64,000 bases of DNA from Selaginella moellendorffii (Eukaryota > Plantae > Lycopodiophyta), in the NCBI RefSeq assembly GCF_000143415.4, contig NW_003314325.1, positions 553,419 through 617,418 on the forward strand, in the 5' to 3' direction. Both the position numbers and the translations under genes were made by a program. Shown piece by piece: positions 1 through 11,866 of this stretch. A model generated the notes under the pieces. It was not told the DNA's origin and searched no databases. It saw only the letters and a list, made by a program, of their open reading frames with translations. The stretch's first letter is position 1, and every line of letters begins with the position of its first letter.

Positions 1-540
1 ATGTGTTTGATCGCATGTCTGGATGGAACTGGGTATACCACAACTCCATATGGCCATCTTTCTTCTGCCAAGAAGATCTTTGAGACAAATACCCACACAC
101 TTGTGGAACATGATCATTGCCTAATTATTATGCTTAATTGTTAACACTAAATTTGCCTTCCATACAATGCTTGATAATGGTTGGATGGCTACTGGGAGAA
201 CGGTTGTGGGTGGACAAGCTATGGATCAGTTCAACTCACTCCAGCTTGAGATAATGATCCCAATGAGATCTCAGTTTTAATCACCTTTAGTCACATCAGT
301 GAAGCTTGGGAGAAGTTCACAGAAGCTTATGATTTAACTATGGCTTGCAACCTATGAGAGAACATGCATTGTTGATAGCCTTGGGAGATCGAGATAGTTG
401 CAGAGGAATTGATAAGGAATATGATGTTTTTGCCAGATATAGCAATCTAAAACTGCTTGCTCAATGCAAAGCTGTACCATGGTGGGATCTTGTTTGGGAT
501 CTTTTAGACTCCTAGTATATCTTGTATGTGCTAGCTAATT
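1..540 (+). pseudogene. Degenerate PLS-class PPR gene fragment
   Basis: Broken-frame remnants such as AKKIFE and CIVDSLGR...AEELIRNMMFLPDIAI*NCLLNA resemble the last PPR repeats and E domain. Contains stops and frameshifts; boundaries approximate. Confidence 0.55.
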
Positions 541-2870
541 TATGTCATACAGTAATATATTGTGGATATAAATAACATCATAATTATGTGATCATATATA
601 ATGGCAAGACATTGAGGATAAGAGAGCACCATTGACAAATCACACCCTGCTAGGAGCTGGCCACAATCCACGTCGAGAAGCTCTGATCTTGCATCTGGGA
701 CGATCAATTTTACAAACAAGATTGGAAGGAGCAAGAGTAACATTGCTATGTGAAAGACAATGTACCAAAAATTGAATTTCCAACCTTGATCAAGAATAAC
801 AATGTGCTATGACAGAGAAAGAGAGTGCAATGAGGATAAAAAACGAATAGATCTGAACATAACTATAGCCAAAAAAATAAATTTGATCTAAAGTACCGAA
901 ATAAAGAACAATAGAAATGTTTTCAACTCTTTCCTCTACTAAAATTGAGTGCTATATGTGACTAAATTATTTAAGGGTTAAACCATTACTTGTATACAAG
1001 CATGCATTGATACATCCAGTGTGCATAATAAATTAGAAGCATAAGATTGAACCCATAACCTCATGATAAATTTGAGTAGATGAATTGCCTTTTTACTATA
1101 AAATATACTCACAAAGGAATAATTAGAAAATAGAATAAAATATTATATTCCTTTAGAATGTTTAGTTAGTTTTGATGGAGAATTTATATATGCTATAAAT
1201 TTTTTGTTTTTGATGTAAGAGTTTTATGTGAGAGATTTCTTACAAAATCATAAAATATGTATTTGTATACTGTACTTAAATTTTTATTTTATTTTAGTTT
1301 ATTTTATGCTGATAAACTTCTTTACAGAGAAAAATATTTACTTGTTATAAATCAAAATTTTACATTATATTATATTTGGGATACTTCGTCTAATTAATCA
1401 AAATATTCCTCATAATACTCCAATACCCATGGGACAAGGACTGTCTTTTAATCAAACTTACAATAATCCAAATCTTGGCTTTTTAGATTTTCATGTACAA
1501 ATATGGATGTTTAGTCAAGAAAGAGGGAGACATTTTAGCTGCAGACCAGATTTTGGAGAGCTTTGAAACAGTGATGATATTAGGCATGATCTTGCTGATA
1601 TAATATTACAATATTGTCCTACATTTTTTATTTTAGGATCCAGATTAATAGCATTAACAGTTATGGCATTTATTATTTTGTTAGAAATATTCCTCCTCAG
1701 AAAATATTTGAATAAGGCTCTAAAATATTCATAAAACCTTTTGGATATAATGATTGTCACATCTATCTTAATACATTAATTGATAACACTTTATATAACA
1801 AACTATCACCTAAAACATTTTTACAATCCTCAAATAAAAAGGCACATCTCTATTTAAATCATAAATGTGAATTAGTTTTATATGTTGGTAAGGTAAATGA
1901 ATGATCAATTCTAAGAAATGGTAACAATTGTTATCTTGTAGTTCAACAAGATGGCAATTTAGTTTTCTATTATGAAAATAAAGTAGCTTTATGGTCACAA
2001 AATAAGTATTGTTATTTATCAAATAATTGTATAATGAATACCTACCTTACTTTACAAGATAATTCCATTCTAGCTTTTTATAAGAATACACAGGACTCAT
2101 TTTCAAGGACTCCAAAAGTTGAATTATTTTGGAAAAGTGAAAATACCATGTGTGAGTGATTTATATCATTATAATTTTTTCCAATGGTGGACATAGTGCT
2201 ATACTTTTTAATCAAGGTAAATATTAAATAAATAAAAGTACTTAAATTGAAAATATTTAATCTGGTGTTACTAATCAATTACAAGAGATATTATTGTTTC
2301 TTTTAAAGTCTTACTTAACATTAATTTGGTTTGCAGATAGAATATTTATCTTTAGATGGTTATTAAAATAAAATCTTAAGGGCCAAGATGGATTCTATAG
2401 TGTTTATAAACTGTTTTACTCTTTAAAAAAATCTCTTTACCAAAACTTTACCATTTGCATGTTTAGATACATAACCAAGCACTTTACATTTACTTGGGAA
2501 GGAAAACACAAATCATCAAATACTTTTCTTGGTGACTTCTAGAATGTATTACATCCAGACTCTACCACAATGAACTTTTGGAAGTGATAGAATGTTAAAT
2601 GAAGTAATTGTGTGTAAGATTGGAAGAGGAAGAGAGGATCGATTATAGAGAAACATTGCTCTTTATATATCATTTTTGGGCAATTGTTGCCTCATCCAAT
2701 TTTATGGACCTTGAAAATGAAAATATCTGATATGATCCATCTTTAACATGGTATGTAGTTATTGATTCTCCCTTAGCATTTACATATTTATTATTTTAAT
2801 TAATTTACATTATAAAAACAAATTAACAATTTACATTATATTTAATAATTTATATATTTAAATATTGCTA

Positions 2871-3044
2871 TGTGAGGGCCAAGTGTACGGCTACGATGCC
2901 GTATACTAATATTAGCGTAGTGGATTTTGGTAGCCGTCGGATTGGTTTCAATCCGGACCACTCGCTCCTGTATATAAGCTAGGGTTTTTGGGTTAATTGA
3001 TATGCACATTTCTGTATTCCCTTTCCATATTCCATGCACTCACA
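2871..3044 (+). repeat. 5' LTR of element 1
   Basis: TGTGAGGGCC...CACTCACA; direct repeat of 7707-7880; contains TATATAA. Confidence 0.97.
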
Positions 3045-3045
3045 T

Positions 3046-3061
3046 TGGTGGAGGTGAGGGG
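3046..3061 (+). promoter_or_regulatory. Primer binding site, probably tRNA-Ala
   Basis: TGGTGGAGGTGAGGGG one base after the LTR, complementary to a ...CCCCNCAYCTCCACCA tRNA-Ala-type 3' end. The same sequence follows the element 2 LTR at 8110. Confidence 0.8.
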
Positions 3062-3277
3062 CACCTTTGATTGTCCCTGGGGAGTGCTTGGATTTGGGAT
3101 TTCGGTTTAGATCTAGCTTTTGCATTGTCTAGATCTAGCTTTTTCCATTTCCTTTCTTTTGTTCTTTCCTTTCAGGATTTTGGTTTAGATCTAGCTTTTT
3201 GCATTGTCTAGATCTACCATTTCTTTCTAGCTTTTTGTCATTTCTCTTCTTTTGCTCTTTCTTTCTCATTCATTTTC

Positions 3278-4210
3278 ATGGCCGATCCGCAATCTCCTCC
3301 TTTGACTCTAGAGCAGCAGTTGGTTCAATTGCTTGATGCTATGCGCCTGCAATTGAACAACCAAACTCAGTTGATGGCGGCGTTCACGGCACATGGTACA
3401 ACTCCTCTTGCTTTTGGTGCCAATCCTCGCGTTCGGCCGGAGTTCTTTCGTGGGAATCCTGGGGATGATGTGTACCATTGGTTCGATCACTTCACGGTGA
3501 TTGCCACATATCATTCTTGGGATGATGCTCGGTGTTTGCGTGAGTTCCCCACATGTCTTCAAGGGACGACATTGCAGTGGTACAATGGATTGAGCGCAGC
3601 TACTCGTGGCGATTGGAGTGTTCTTCCGGACGTCTTCAAACGCGCCTTCGGACACGCCGACGATTGTGATGATGCCTTCCAACAATTGCATCGTCTTCGC
3701 CAAGGGCCATCTGAGTCGGTGATGCAATTTGGCGTTCGTTTCCGAAGTCTTTTGCTTCGTGCGGAGCCAAATATGTCGGAGCGGATCAAGCTAGGAATGC
3801 TATGGCCAGCACTTCATCAAGATCTTGTCGGACTTGTGCATGCACTTGCTCCTGCCACTCTTGACGATGCTCTTCGCTTAGCACAACGTTATGAGACGTC
3901 GCCTCTTCCACTTCTTGCTACACGTCCTTCAGCTCCACTTCCTATGAGTGATGGTCCTGTTCCCATGGAGGTTGATGCTGCTGCTACTCGAGTCCAAGGA
4001 CAAGGGCGAGGACGTGGTCGTGGCCGTGACATTCGTTGCTGGGCGTGTGATGAAGTTGGTCATACTTATCGGCGTTGTCGGCGCTTTCCGGATTGGCGAC
4101 CTCCATTTCCTAGGTGGAGACCTTGGCGTCAGCAACGTCCCGTTGGTGCTGCTGCGGTGGAAGGTTTGGATACCGAGGTGCATTCGGGAAACGAGGAGTC
4201 GCGCGAGTAA
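3278..4210 (+). CDS. gag: Gag (retrotransposon capsid plus CCHC zinc knuckle)
   Basis: 310-aa ORF with PEFFRG...WF, LRQG..ESV..F, GPVPMEVD and the knuckle CWACDEVGHTYRRC. Confidence 0.95.
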   Translation: MADPQSPPLTLEQQLVQLLDAMRLQLNNQTQLMAAFTAHGTTPLAFGANPRVRPEFFRGNPGDDVYHWFDHFTVIATYHSWDDARCLREFPTCLQGTTLQWYNGLSAATRGDWSVLPDVFKRAFGHADDCDDAFQQLHRLRQGPSESVMQFGVRFRSLLLRAEPNMSERIKLGMLWPALHQDLVGLVHALAPATLDDALRLAQRYETSPLPLLATRPSAPLPMSDGPVPMEVDAAATRVQGQGRGRGRGRDIRCWACDEVGHTYRRCRRFPDWRPPFPRWRPWRQQRPVGAAAVEGLDTEVHSGNEESRE

Positions 4211-4249
4211 TGGAGGGACCTTGCGCGAATAAGTTAGTGACCCCTCCAT
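4186..4249 (+). promoter_or_regulatory. -1 programmed ribosomal frameshift signal (slippery heptamer plus H-type pseudoknot)
   Basis: G GGA AAC in the gag frame (4186-4192), 6-nt spacer, stem 1 4199-4207/4220-4228, stem 2 4210-4217/4242-4249. pol lies in the -1 frame. Confidence 0.88.
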
Positions 4250-7200
4250 CTTTCTTTCGGGAGTATCATCAAGGGGTTCACTCGGCACCGGTTCATCCAG
4301 TGTTTACTTTCCAAGCTCGTTTTTATAACAAGAGGTCTCCTATTCTTCTCTCCGTGTTGGTTGATACAGGTTCGAGTTTATCTTATATTGCTCGACCTGT
4401 TGCCACACGTTGTCGTCTACACTTGCGTCGTGCGGCGGATCCAGTTTTCATTCTTTATGGCAACGGCCGTACACATGCATGTGCACGAGATGAGGCGGAC
4501 CTGGTTGTGCGTGTGGGCGATCTCGAGCTTGAGTTGCAGTCGTTGCGGGTGGTGCCGAGTCAAGCTTTTGACCTCATTCTTGGTATGGATTGGTTGCAGC
4601 ACAATCATGCCAAGTGTGACTTTGAGGCTTTTCCCCCTTGTCTCATACTTCCTTATGTTTCATCCATTCCTCTCACTTCTGTACCTCTTCGTCCCTCTAC
4701 TTCTACCTTTGCTTCCATTACTTTTGTTCCCCCATTATTTCCTCTTGTGTTTCCATCTTGTTCTGCTCTTCCCTTTTCCGATCCCTCCGATGATCTTTGT
4801 GTTGCAGCTGTTGATCAGCTCATGAAGGAGTATTCTAATCTCTTTGAATTTGACCTATCGTCTGGGGCCAAGATTTCCACACGTCATCCCATTCCAACCG
4901 GGGATGCTCGTCCAATCAAGGTTCCTGTTCGTCGTCGGTCACCCAAGGAGATCAAGATTTTACGTGCAAACGTCAAGGAGATGTTGGAGAAGGGTGTTAT
5001 TCGGAAGTCGCGGAGTCCTTGGGCATGTGAACCTCATCTTGTGACGAAGCCTGATGGGAGTATTCGTTTCTGCATCGACTATCGTCCGTTAAATGAAGTG
5101 ACGATCCCGGACGTGTACCCTCTTCCTCACACTGCTGATCTCTTGGATCGTCTGGGGCGAAGTCGTTGGTTCACCAAGCTAGATCTTGCTTCTGGGTATT
5201 GGCAAGTACTGATGGCTGAAGACGATATTCCTAAGACTGCTTTTCGTACACCATTTGGTTTGTACGAGTTTTTGGTGATGCCGTTTGGTTTGAACAATGC
5301 TCCAGCAACTTTTCAGCGAATGATGGACGAGGTTCTTTGCGATATGCCAGAGGTGACGGCTGACTTCATTGATGATGTCTTGATCCACTCGGAGGGGACG
5401 TGGGAGGAGCATGTTCGTGATGTTTGTAAAGTGTTGGATCGGCTACGCGACGTTGGTTTAAAGCTGAAGCGGTCGAAGTGCGTGTTTGGGTCCAAAGACA
5501 CAACTTATCTTGGGTACCGTATTTCTCGTGAGGGTTTGCAAGTTGATCCTGACAAACTTGTGGCTGTTCTAAAGTTCCCTACTCCGAAGTGTGTGAATGA
5601 TGTGCAGCGCTTTTTGGGTAAGGTGCAGTATCTCGGTCGTTTTGTGGATCATCTTTCCGATCGCACTTTACCATTGCGAGCGTTGCTGAAGTCATCAACG
5701 TCATCTTTCATCTGGTCTCCCGATTGTGAGCGGGCGTTCGTGAATCTCAAAGAGCTATTGACGACTCCTCCGGTTTTGGCATATCCTGACTACACTCGAC
5801 CTTTTATTTTGCGCGTGGATGCTTCTGACATTGGTCTTGGAGGTGTGTTGATGCAAGAGAGCTCGAGTGTGCCTGGTCAGCGCCATCCCATTGCATACAT
5901 AAGCCGTACATTACAACCAGCGGAGATGAACTACTCCACGACGGAGAAAGAGTGTTTAGCAGCAGTCTGGGGTTTCGAGAAACTTCATGCCTATCTACAT
6001 GGTTCTCGGACGTTACTTGAAGGTGACCATGCTGCTGTTACTTCATTATTGAAGCGGAAGAACCTGGTTGGTCGTACGGCTCGATGGGCTTTGAAGCTTC
6101 AGATATATGATTTCGATGTTGTTCATCGCCCAGGGAGTTCTATGGCTGATGCTGATGCCCTTTCTCGAGCTCCTCTTCCTTCTCCATTCTCTTCTCATGT
6201 TTCTAACGAGCCTGTTGTTCTAGCCTCTGTGGATTTTCTAGACAAGGATTCTGTGCCGTCGGCGGTTGTTGTACTTGACGTTCAGTGTCCACAGGGCGTA
6301 GAGCAAGATCTACCTTCTCTGGATGAGGTTCGCGAGGCTCAAAAGATTGAGCCGTGGATTCGAAGGCTTCGAGATGGGTTTGAGAATCCTGCATCACTTG
6401 CTGATGACTTGCCTTTTCGGCATTTACATTCTCAATATCGCCTTGAAGATGGCCTTCTTTATTTTGTGGGGACGGATCCTGATGCTCATTTACGGCTGGT
6501 GGTGCCTTCGGTGTTTATTCCGCGGTTTCTCCATGCCTACCATGATTCTCCTATTCTAGGTGGGCATATGGGACACCATCGTGTCACCGAGAAGTTGCGC
6601 AGATCTTTCTGTTGGCCAGAGATGCGACGTGATATTATCCGGTATGTGCGTAGCTGCGTTTGGTGCCAAGCTCGTAATACTCCCCCTTGTGCTGCGGAAG
6701 GACGGTTGGAGTCAATTGCAGTTTCTCGTCCGTTTGAGTTGGTGGCGTTTGATCTTATGGGACCTTTTCCGCGATCGACTGCTGGCAATGAGTATGTTAT
6801 TATTGCTTCTGACTACTTGACTCGTTAGGTGGAAGTTGGTGCTCTTGCTAGTGCCTCTGCAACTGCTGTTGGATACTTCCTCCTCAATCGAGTGGTGTTC
6901 CAGCATTCTTGTCCAGAACGGATTCTTTCGGATAATGGTCCTGCATTTATGGCTGAGGTATTTCATGTTTTGACATCTCGGTTGGGGATACGCCACACTT
7001 TTACGAGTGCTTATCATCCACAATCAGACGGTCTGGTGGAACGGCTCGTTCGGACATTCAAAGGGATGATTGCGAAGTATGTGAACTTTCAACATTCGGA
7101 TTGGGATGGTTATTTGCCATCTCTTCGGTATGCTTATGTCACAGGGGTGCAGAGTTCTGTTGGTGCTTCACCATATAAACTTCTATATGGTCATGATCCA

Positions 7201-7674
7201 ATATTACCAACAGAGCTAGGTTTACCTTCGCGATTGCCACGAGCTCCTGATGCTAGGTCATGGGATCAATATTTGACAAGCATTCTTCCACTTGTCCGAG
7301 CAGAGTCTGCTGAACACTTAGGCCGCGTACAAGTGGGACAACAACGGCGCTACAATTCCCATCATCGTCCACCAGCGGAGTACAAATTGGATGATTTGGT
7401 GTTAGTCCGTTTTCCCCATCTTACGGTGCGTGGTTTATCTAAGGGGCTCCTTGCGCAGTGGAAAGGACCGTATCGGGTGTTGCGGCAAGTTGGACCACAA
7501 GTTTATGAGGTTCGGCATGACGTTCAGCAGGCTGATCCTCCGGAGATTGTGCATGTGCAGCGGTTAAAACGCTTCATACAGAGGGATCAGGAGCAGTTAA
7601 TACCGTCTACAGATCCACCGATGCCTCCTCCTGACGTTCCTCCAGATCCCGGCCCATCTACAAGAGAACCCTGA
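4186..7674 (+). CDS. pol: Pol (PR-RT-RNaseH-IN) with a single in-frame TAG at 6826-6828
   Basis: LVDTGS protease; RT with KLDLASGYWQ and FIDD; RNase H DASDIGLG; HHCC; DLMG/SDNG/GLVER integrase; GPY tail. ORFs 4114..6828 and 6829..7674 are in the same frame. Confidence 0.93.
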
Positions 7675-7691
7675 CGGCCTTCCATTATTCC

Positions 7692-7706
7692 GAGAGGAGG
7701 GGATGA
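7692..7706 (+). promoter_or_regulatory. Polypurine tract of element 1
   Basis: GAGAGGAGGGGATGA immediately before the 3' LTR. Confidence 0.9.
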
Positions 7707-7880
7707 TGTGAGGGCCAAGTGTACGGCTACGATGCCGTATACTAATATTAGCGTAGTGGATTTTGGTAGCCGTCGGATTGGTTTCAATCCGGACCACTCG
7801 CTCCTGTATATAAGCTAGGGTTTTTGGGTTAATTGATATGCACATTTCTGTATTCCCTTTCCATATTCCATGCACTCACA
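7707..7880 (+). repeat. 3' LTR of element 1
   Basis: Identical by eye to 2871-3044. Confidence 0.97.
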
Positions 7881-8343
7881 GCTATAAAATGCAGTTATCC
7901 TGTAAAGTATTTATGGTACATTCCTTTATTAGTTAAATAAAGACTGTGATGGCTACAATGCCGTATACTAATATTAGCGTAGTGGGATTTTGGTAGCCAT
8001 CGGATTGGTTTCAATCCGGACCACTCACTCTTGTATATAAACTAGGGTTTTTGGGCCAATTAATATACACATTTTCTATATTCTCTTTCCATATTCCAAG
8101 CACTCACATTGGTGGAGGTGAGGGGCACCTTTGATTGTCCCTGAGAAGTGCTTAGATTTGGGATTTTGGTTTAGATCTAGTTTTTGCATTGTCTAGATTT
8201 AGCTTTTTTTCATTTCCTTTCTTTTGTTTTTTCCTTTCAGGATTTTGGTTTAGATCTAGCTTTTTGCATTGTCTAGATCTACCATTTCCTTCTCGCTTTT
8301 TGTCATTTATTTATTTTTTGCTCTTTCTTTTTCATTCGTCTTC

Positions 8344-10067
8344 ATGGCAGATCAGCAATCTCCTCCTTTGACTCTGGAGCAGCAGTTGGTACAATTGCTT
8401 GATGCTATGCGCTTGCAATTGAACAACAAAACTTAGTTGATAGTGGCGTTCACGGCAAATGGTACAACTCCTCCTACTCTTGGTGCCAATCCTCGCGTTC
8501 GGCTGGAGTTCTTTCGCGAATCCTAAGGATGATGTGTACCATTGGTTCGATCACTTCACGGTCATTGCCACATATCATTCTTGGGATGATGCCCGACGTT
8601 TGCGTGAGTTTCCCACGTGTCTCCAAGGGACGGTGTTGCAGTGGTACAACGGTTTGGGCGCAGCCACTCGTGGGGATTGGAGTGTTCTTCCGGATGTCTT
8701 CAAGCGTGCCTTCGGACATGTCGATGACTGTGATGATGCTTTCCAACAATTGCATCGTCTTCGCCAAGGGCCATCTGAGTCAGTGATGCAGTTTGGCGTT
8801 CGTTTCTGAAGTTTTTTGCTTCGTGCGGAGCCAAATATATAAGAGTGGATCAAGCTAGGAATGTTGTGTCTAGCACTTCGTCAAGATCTTGTCGGACTTG
8901 TGCATGCACTTGCTCCTGCCACCCTTGACAATGCTCTTCGCTTGGCATAACGTTATGAGACGTTGCCTCTTCCACTTCTCGTTGCACGTCCTTCAGCTCC
9001 TCTTCCTATAGGTGATAGTCTTGTTCCAATGGAGGTTGATGCTGTTGCTGCTCGAGTCAAGGACAAGGGCGAGGACGTGGTCGTAACCGTGATGTTCGTT
9101 GCTGGGCATGTGACGAAGTTGGTCATACTTATCGGCATTGTCAGCGTTTTCCGAATTGGCAACCTCCATTTCCTGGGTGGAGACCTTGGCGTCAGCAACG
9201 TCCCATTGGTGCTGCTGCAGTGGAAGGATTGGACACCGAGATGCATCCAGGAAACGAGGAGTCACGCGAGTAACGAAGGGACCTTGCGTGAATAAGTCAG
9301 TGACCCCTCCATCTTTCTTTCGAGAGTATCATCAAGGGGTTCACTCGGCACCAGTTCATCCAGTGTTTACTTTACAAGCTCGTTTTTATAACAAGAGGTC
9401 TCCTATTATTCTCTCCGTGTTGGTAGATACAGGTTCGAGTTTATCTTCTATTGCTCGACCTGTTGCCACACATTGCCGTCTACACTTGCGTCGTGCGGTA
9501 GAACCAGTTTTCATTCTTTATGGCAACGGCCGTACACATGCATGTGCATGGGATGAGGCAGATCTGGTTGTGCGTATGGGCGATCTTGAGCTTGAGTTAC
9601 AATCATTGCGGGTGGTGTTAAGTCAAGCTTTTGACCTCATTCTTGGTATGGATTGGTTGTAGTGCAATCATGCCAAGTGTGATTTTGAGGCTTCTCCCCC
9701 TTATCACATACTTCCTTATGTTTCATCCATTCCTCTTACTTCTGTCCCTCTACTTTTACCTCTGCTTCCATTACTTTTGTTCCCCCACTATTTCCTCCTA
9801 TGTTTCCATCTTGTTCTGCTCTTCCCTTTTCCAATCCCTCCGATGATCTTTGTGTTGTAGCGGTGGACCGGCTCATGAAGGAGTATTCTAATCTCTTTGA
9901 ATTTGACCTATCGTCTGGGGCCAAGATTGCAACACGTCATCCAATTCCAACCGGGGATGCTCGTCTAATCAAGGTTCCCATTCGTTGTCGGTCACCCAAG
10001 GAGATCCGGATTTTACGTGTAAATGTCAAGGAGATGTTGGAGAAAGGTGTTATTTGGAAGTCGCGGA
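8344..10067 (+). pseudogene. Element 2 gag-PR-start of RT, disrupted
   Basis: Aligns with 3278-5013; stops and frameshifts; cut by the insertion at 10068. Confidence 0.92.
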
Positions 10068-11171
10068 TGTAAGCGACTAAATTTTCCATTCTACTTTAGT
10101 CACTTAACCACACCTCTGACCACTTGGAGGAGTCTCATTCACAACCTCCATAAATCCAATCCAGGACTTGGGACTTGCTAGCCCCGAGAATGGCATCCAT
10201 GCCACTCAACATTTGCCCTTGGTCCAAGTGCTCCATGTGTCCGATCCCATGACCGACACTCAAAGGTACCACCGACATAGCAGCCCATTACGCTAAGGCC
10301 ATGCCCAATCACCTTTGCCACACTGGTAGTCCAATACCACTTGCATCACAGTCTTGGCTCTCCAAGTCTGGGCCATCTGTCCATGAGTGGTCATCCTAGA
10401 TCCACTCCTTAGCATCCTTAGGATGCCCATAGACCGGGGGAATCGCCTTCCCCAAAGTCCCTTTGTCAGTTCCTACCAAGTCCCTTTCTGCCCCTGGCCA
10501 TGTTTGCCAACACTGCCACTGGATCGAGGCCCACAGGCCCGATCACTAAGTCCCACGGTCCTCTGGGACTTCCTCACCACACGACTGTGTCCTTGGTCAC
10601 TACCCCAGAGGACTGCTCCTCTTCCTTTCCACAGTCTAGGCCTTTGGGACAACATTTCGGAACACCGTGGCCTTACGCGAGCCACCTGGGTACTCTCCCC
10701 GCCTTTCGCCTTTAGGTGCTCTAGCCATGGGCTTAGAGCGAGGTTCCGTTGAGCCACGCCTGGTATCCAAGTAGGTAGTGCCACCCACACTTGGACTGGG
10801 AGCATCGGCCAGTCGATCTCCCGGGGGAACTAGAGCCGGCTCTTGAACACTTCACCAAGCTACCCTGCTTGTCGGTTCGTATTCACTCTAGTCTTGGACT
10901 TCCCAGTGGTCAGTTCCTCACCCAACATTGGGTCTAGCCTTCCTGGGCCAAACTGGCCTTTCCTGGCCAAACTGGCTCCACTGCAGTCCTCCCCCTTACT
11001 ATACTTTTGGAGCTCACCAAACCCCCCAGGGTCTGGGAGACGAACGCTTTGGGCTTTCACCCTCTCAGGCTCCGGACTCGGACTCGGACTCGGACTCGGA
11101 CTCGGATTCGGACTCGGACTCGGGCTCGGGCTCGGTCTCGGCCTCAGCCTCGGTCTCGGTCTCGGTCCTGA

Positions 11172-11203
<32 letters not shown>

Positions 11204-11866
11204 CCGGTCTCGGTCTCGACTTCGGACTCCATCTCGGACTCCATCTCGGACTCCATCTCGGACTCCATCTCGGGTCCATCTCGGGTCCATCTCGGACTCC
11301 ATCTCGGACTCCATCTCGGGTCCATCTCGGACTCCATCTCGGACTCTCTCTCGGGTCCATCTCGGGTCCACCTCGGACTCCATCTCGGACTCCATCTCGG
11401 ACTCCATCTCGGGTCCATCTCGGACTCCACCTCGGACTCCAACTCGGGTCCATCTCGGGTCCACCTCGGACTCCACTTCGGACTCCATCTCGGGTCCATC
11501 TCGGGTCCACCTCGGACTCCACTTCGGACTCCATCTCGGACTCCATCTCGGGTCCATCTCGGACTCCACTTCGGACTCCAACTCGGGTCCATCTCGGACT
11601 CCACTTCGGACTCCAACTCGAGTCCATCTCGGACACTCCCACGTGTCATGTGTTGGTCCTTTTGGGTCCCTTTTTGGAGCCTCGCTTTTTGCTCGCTTCG
11701 TGCTTGTTCCTCAAGCCCTTCTTTGGGAGTTCCACTCCTGCTCTTGACTTTTCAAGTCGGAGCTTTTGGTCCAAATGTGTTACGCTCGTTTGGCTCTCGC
11801 TTCAGCCACTACCACGTGGCACCCTTTCCGGCTCCACTTTGGGGCCTAGGGATTTTGTGTCTCACA
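10068..11866 (-). repeat. 3' LTR of element 3 (1799 bp)
   Basis: TGTAAG...CTCACA; near-identical to 15917-17757. Confidence 0.95.
11070..11640. repeat. Tandem array of CTCGG(A/T/G) hexamers and CTCGGACTCCAT 12-mers inside the LTR
   Basis: Directly visible; gives rise to the spurious GLGL/SDSD/RDRD ORFs. Confidence 0.95.

Larger units (their letters stand above)
2871..7880 (+). mobile_element. Ty3/gypsy non-chromovirus LTR retrotransposon, full length, very young (element 1; Selgy-like)
   Basis: Two 174-bp TG...CA LTRs, identical by eye. 4-bp TSD GCTA (2867-2870 and 7881-7884). PBS, gag, PR-RT-RH-IN order, PPT, no chromodomain. Confidence 0.97.

Noticed and set aside
750-2870. Short ORFs in AT-rich DNA (also 44600-46200 and 46600-49000)
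   Set aside because: No motifs or termini I can support; probably decayed repeats or gene debris.
4630-4806. Pyrimidine tract ending in TTGCAG between PR and RT as an Ogre-like intron
   Set aside because: The frame is open through it and I found no convincing donor; a low-complexity linker explains it.
6800-6830. TTGACTCGTTAG|GT as a splice acceptor bypassing the integrase stop
   Set aside because: Upstream codons align residue for residue with conserved integrase, so splicing would delete essential sequence.
11070-11640. CRISPR-like appearance of the repeat array
   Set aside because: Contiguous short repeats without unique spacers, no cas genes, eukaryotic context.
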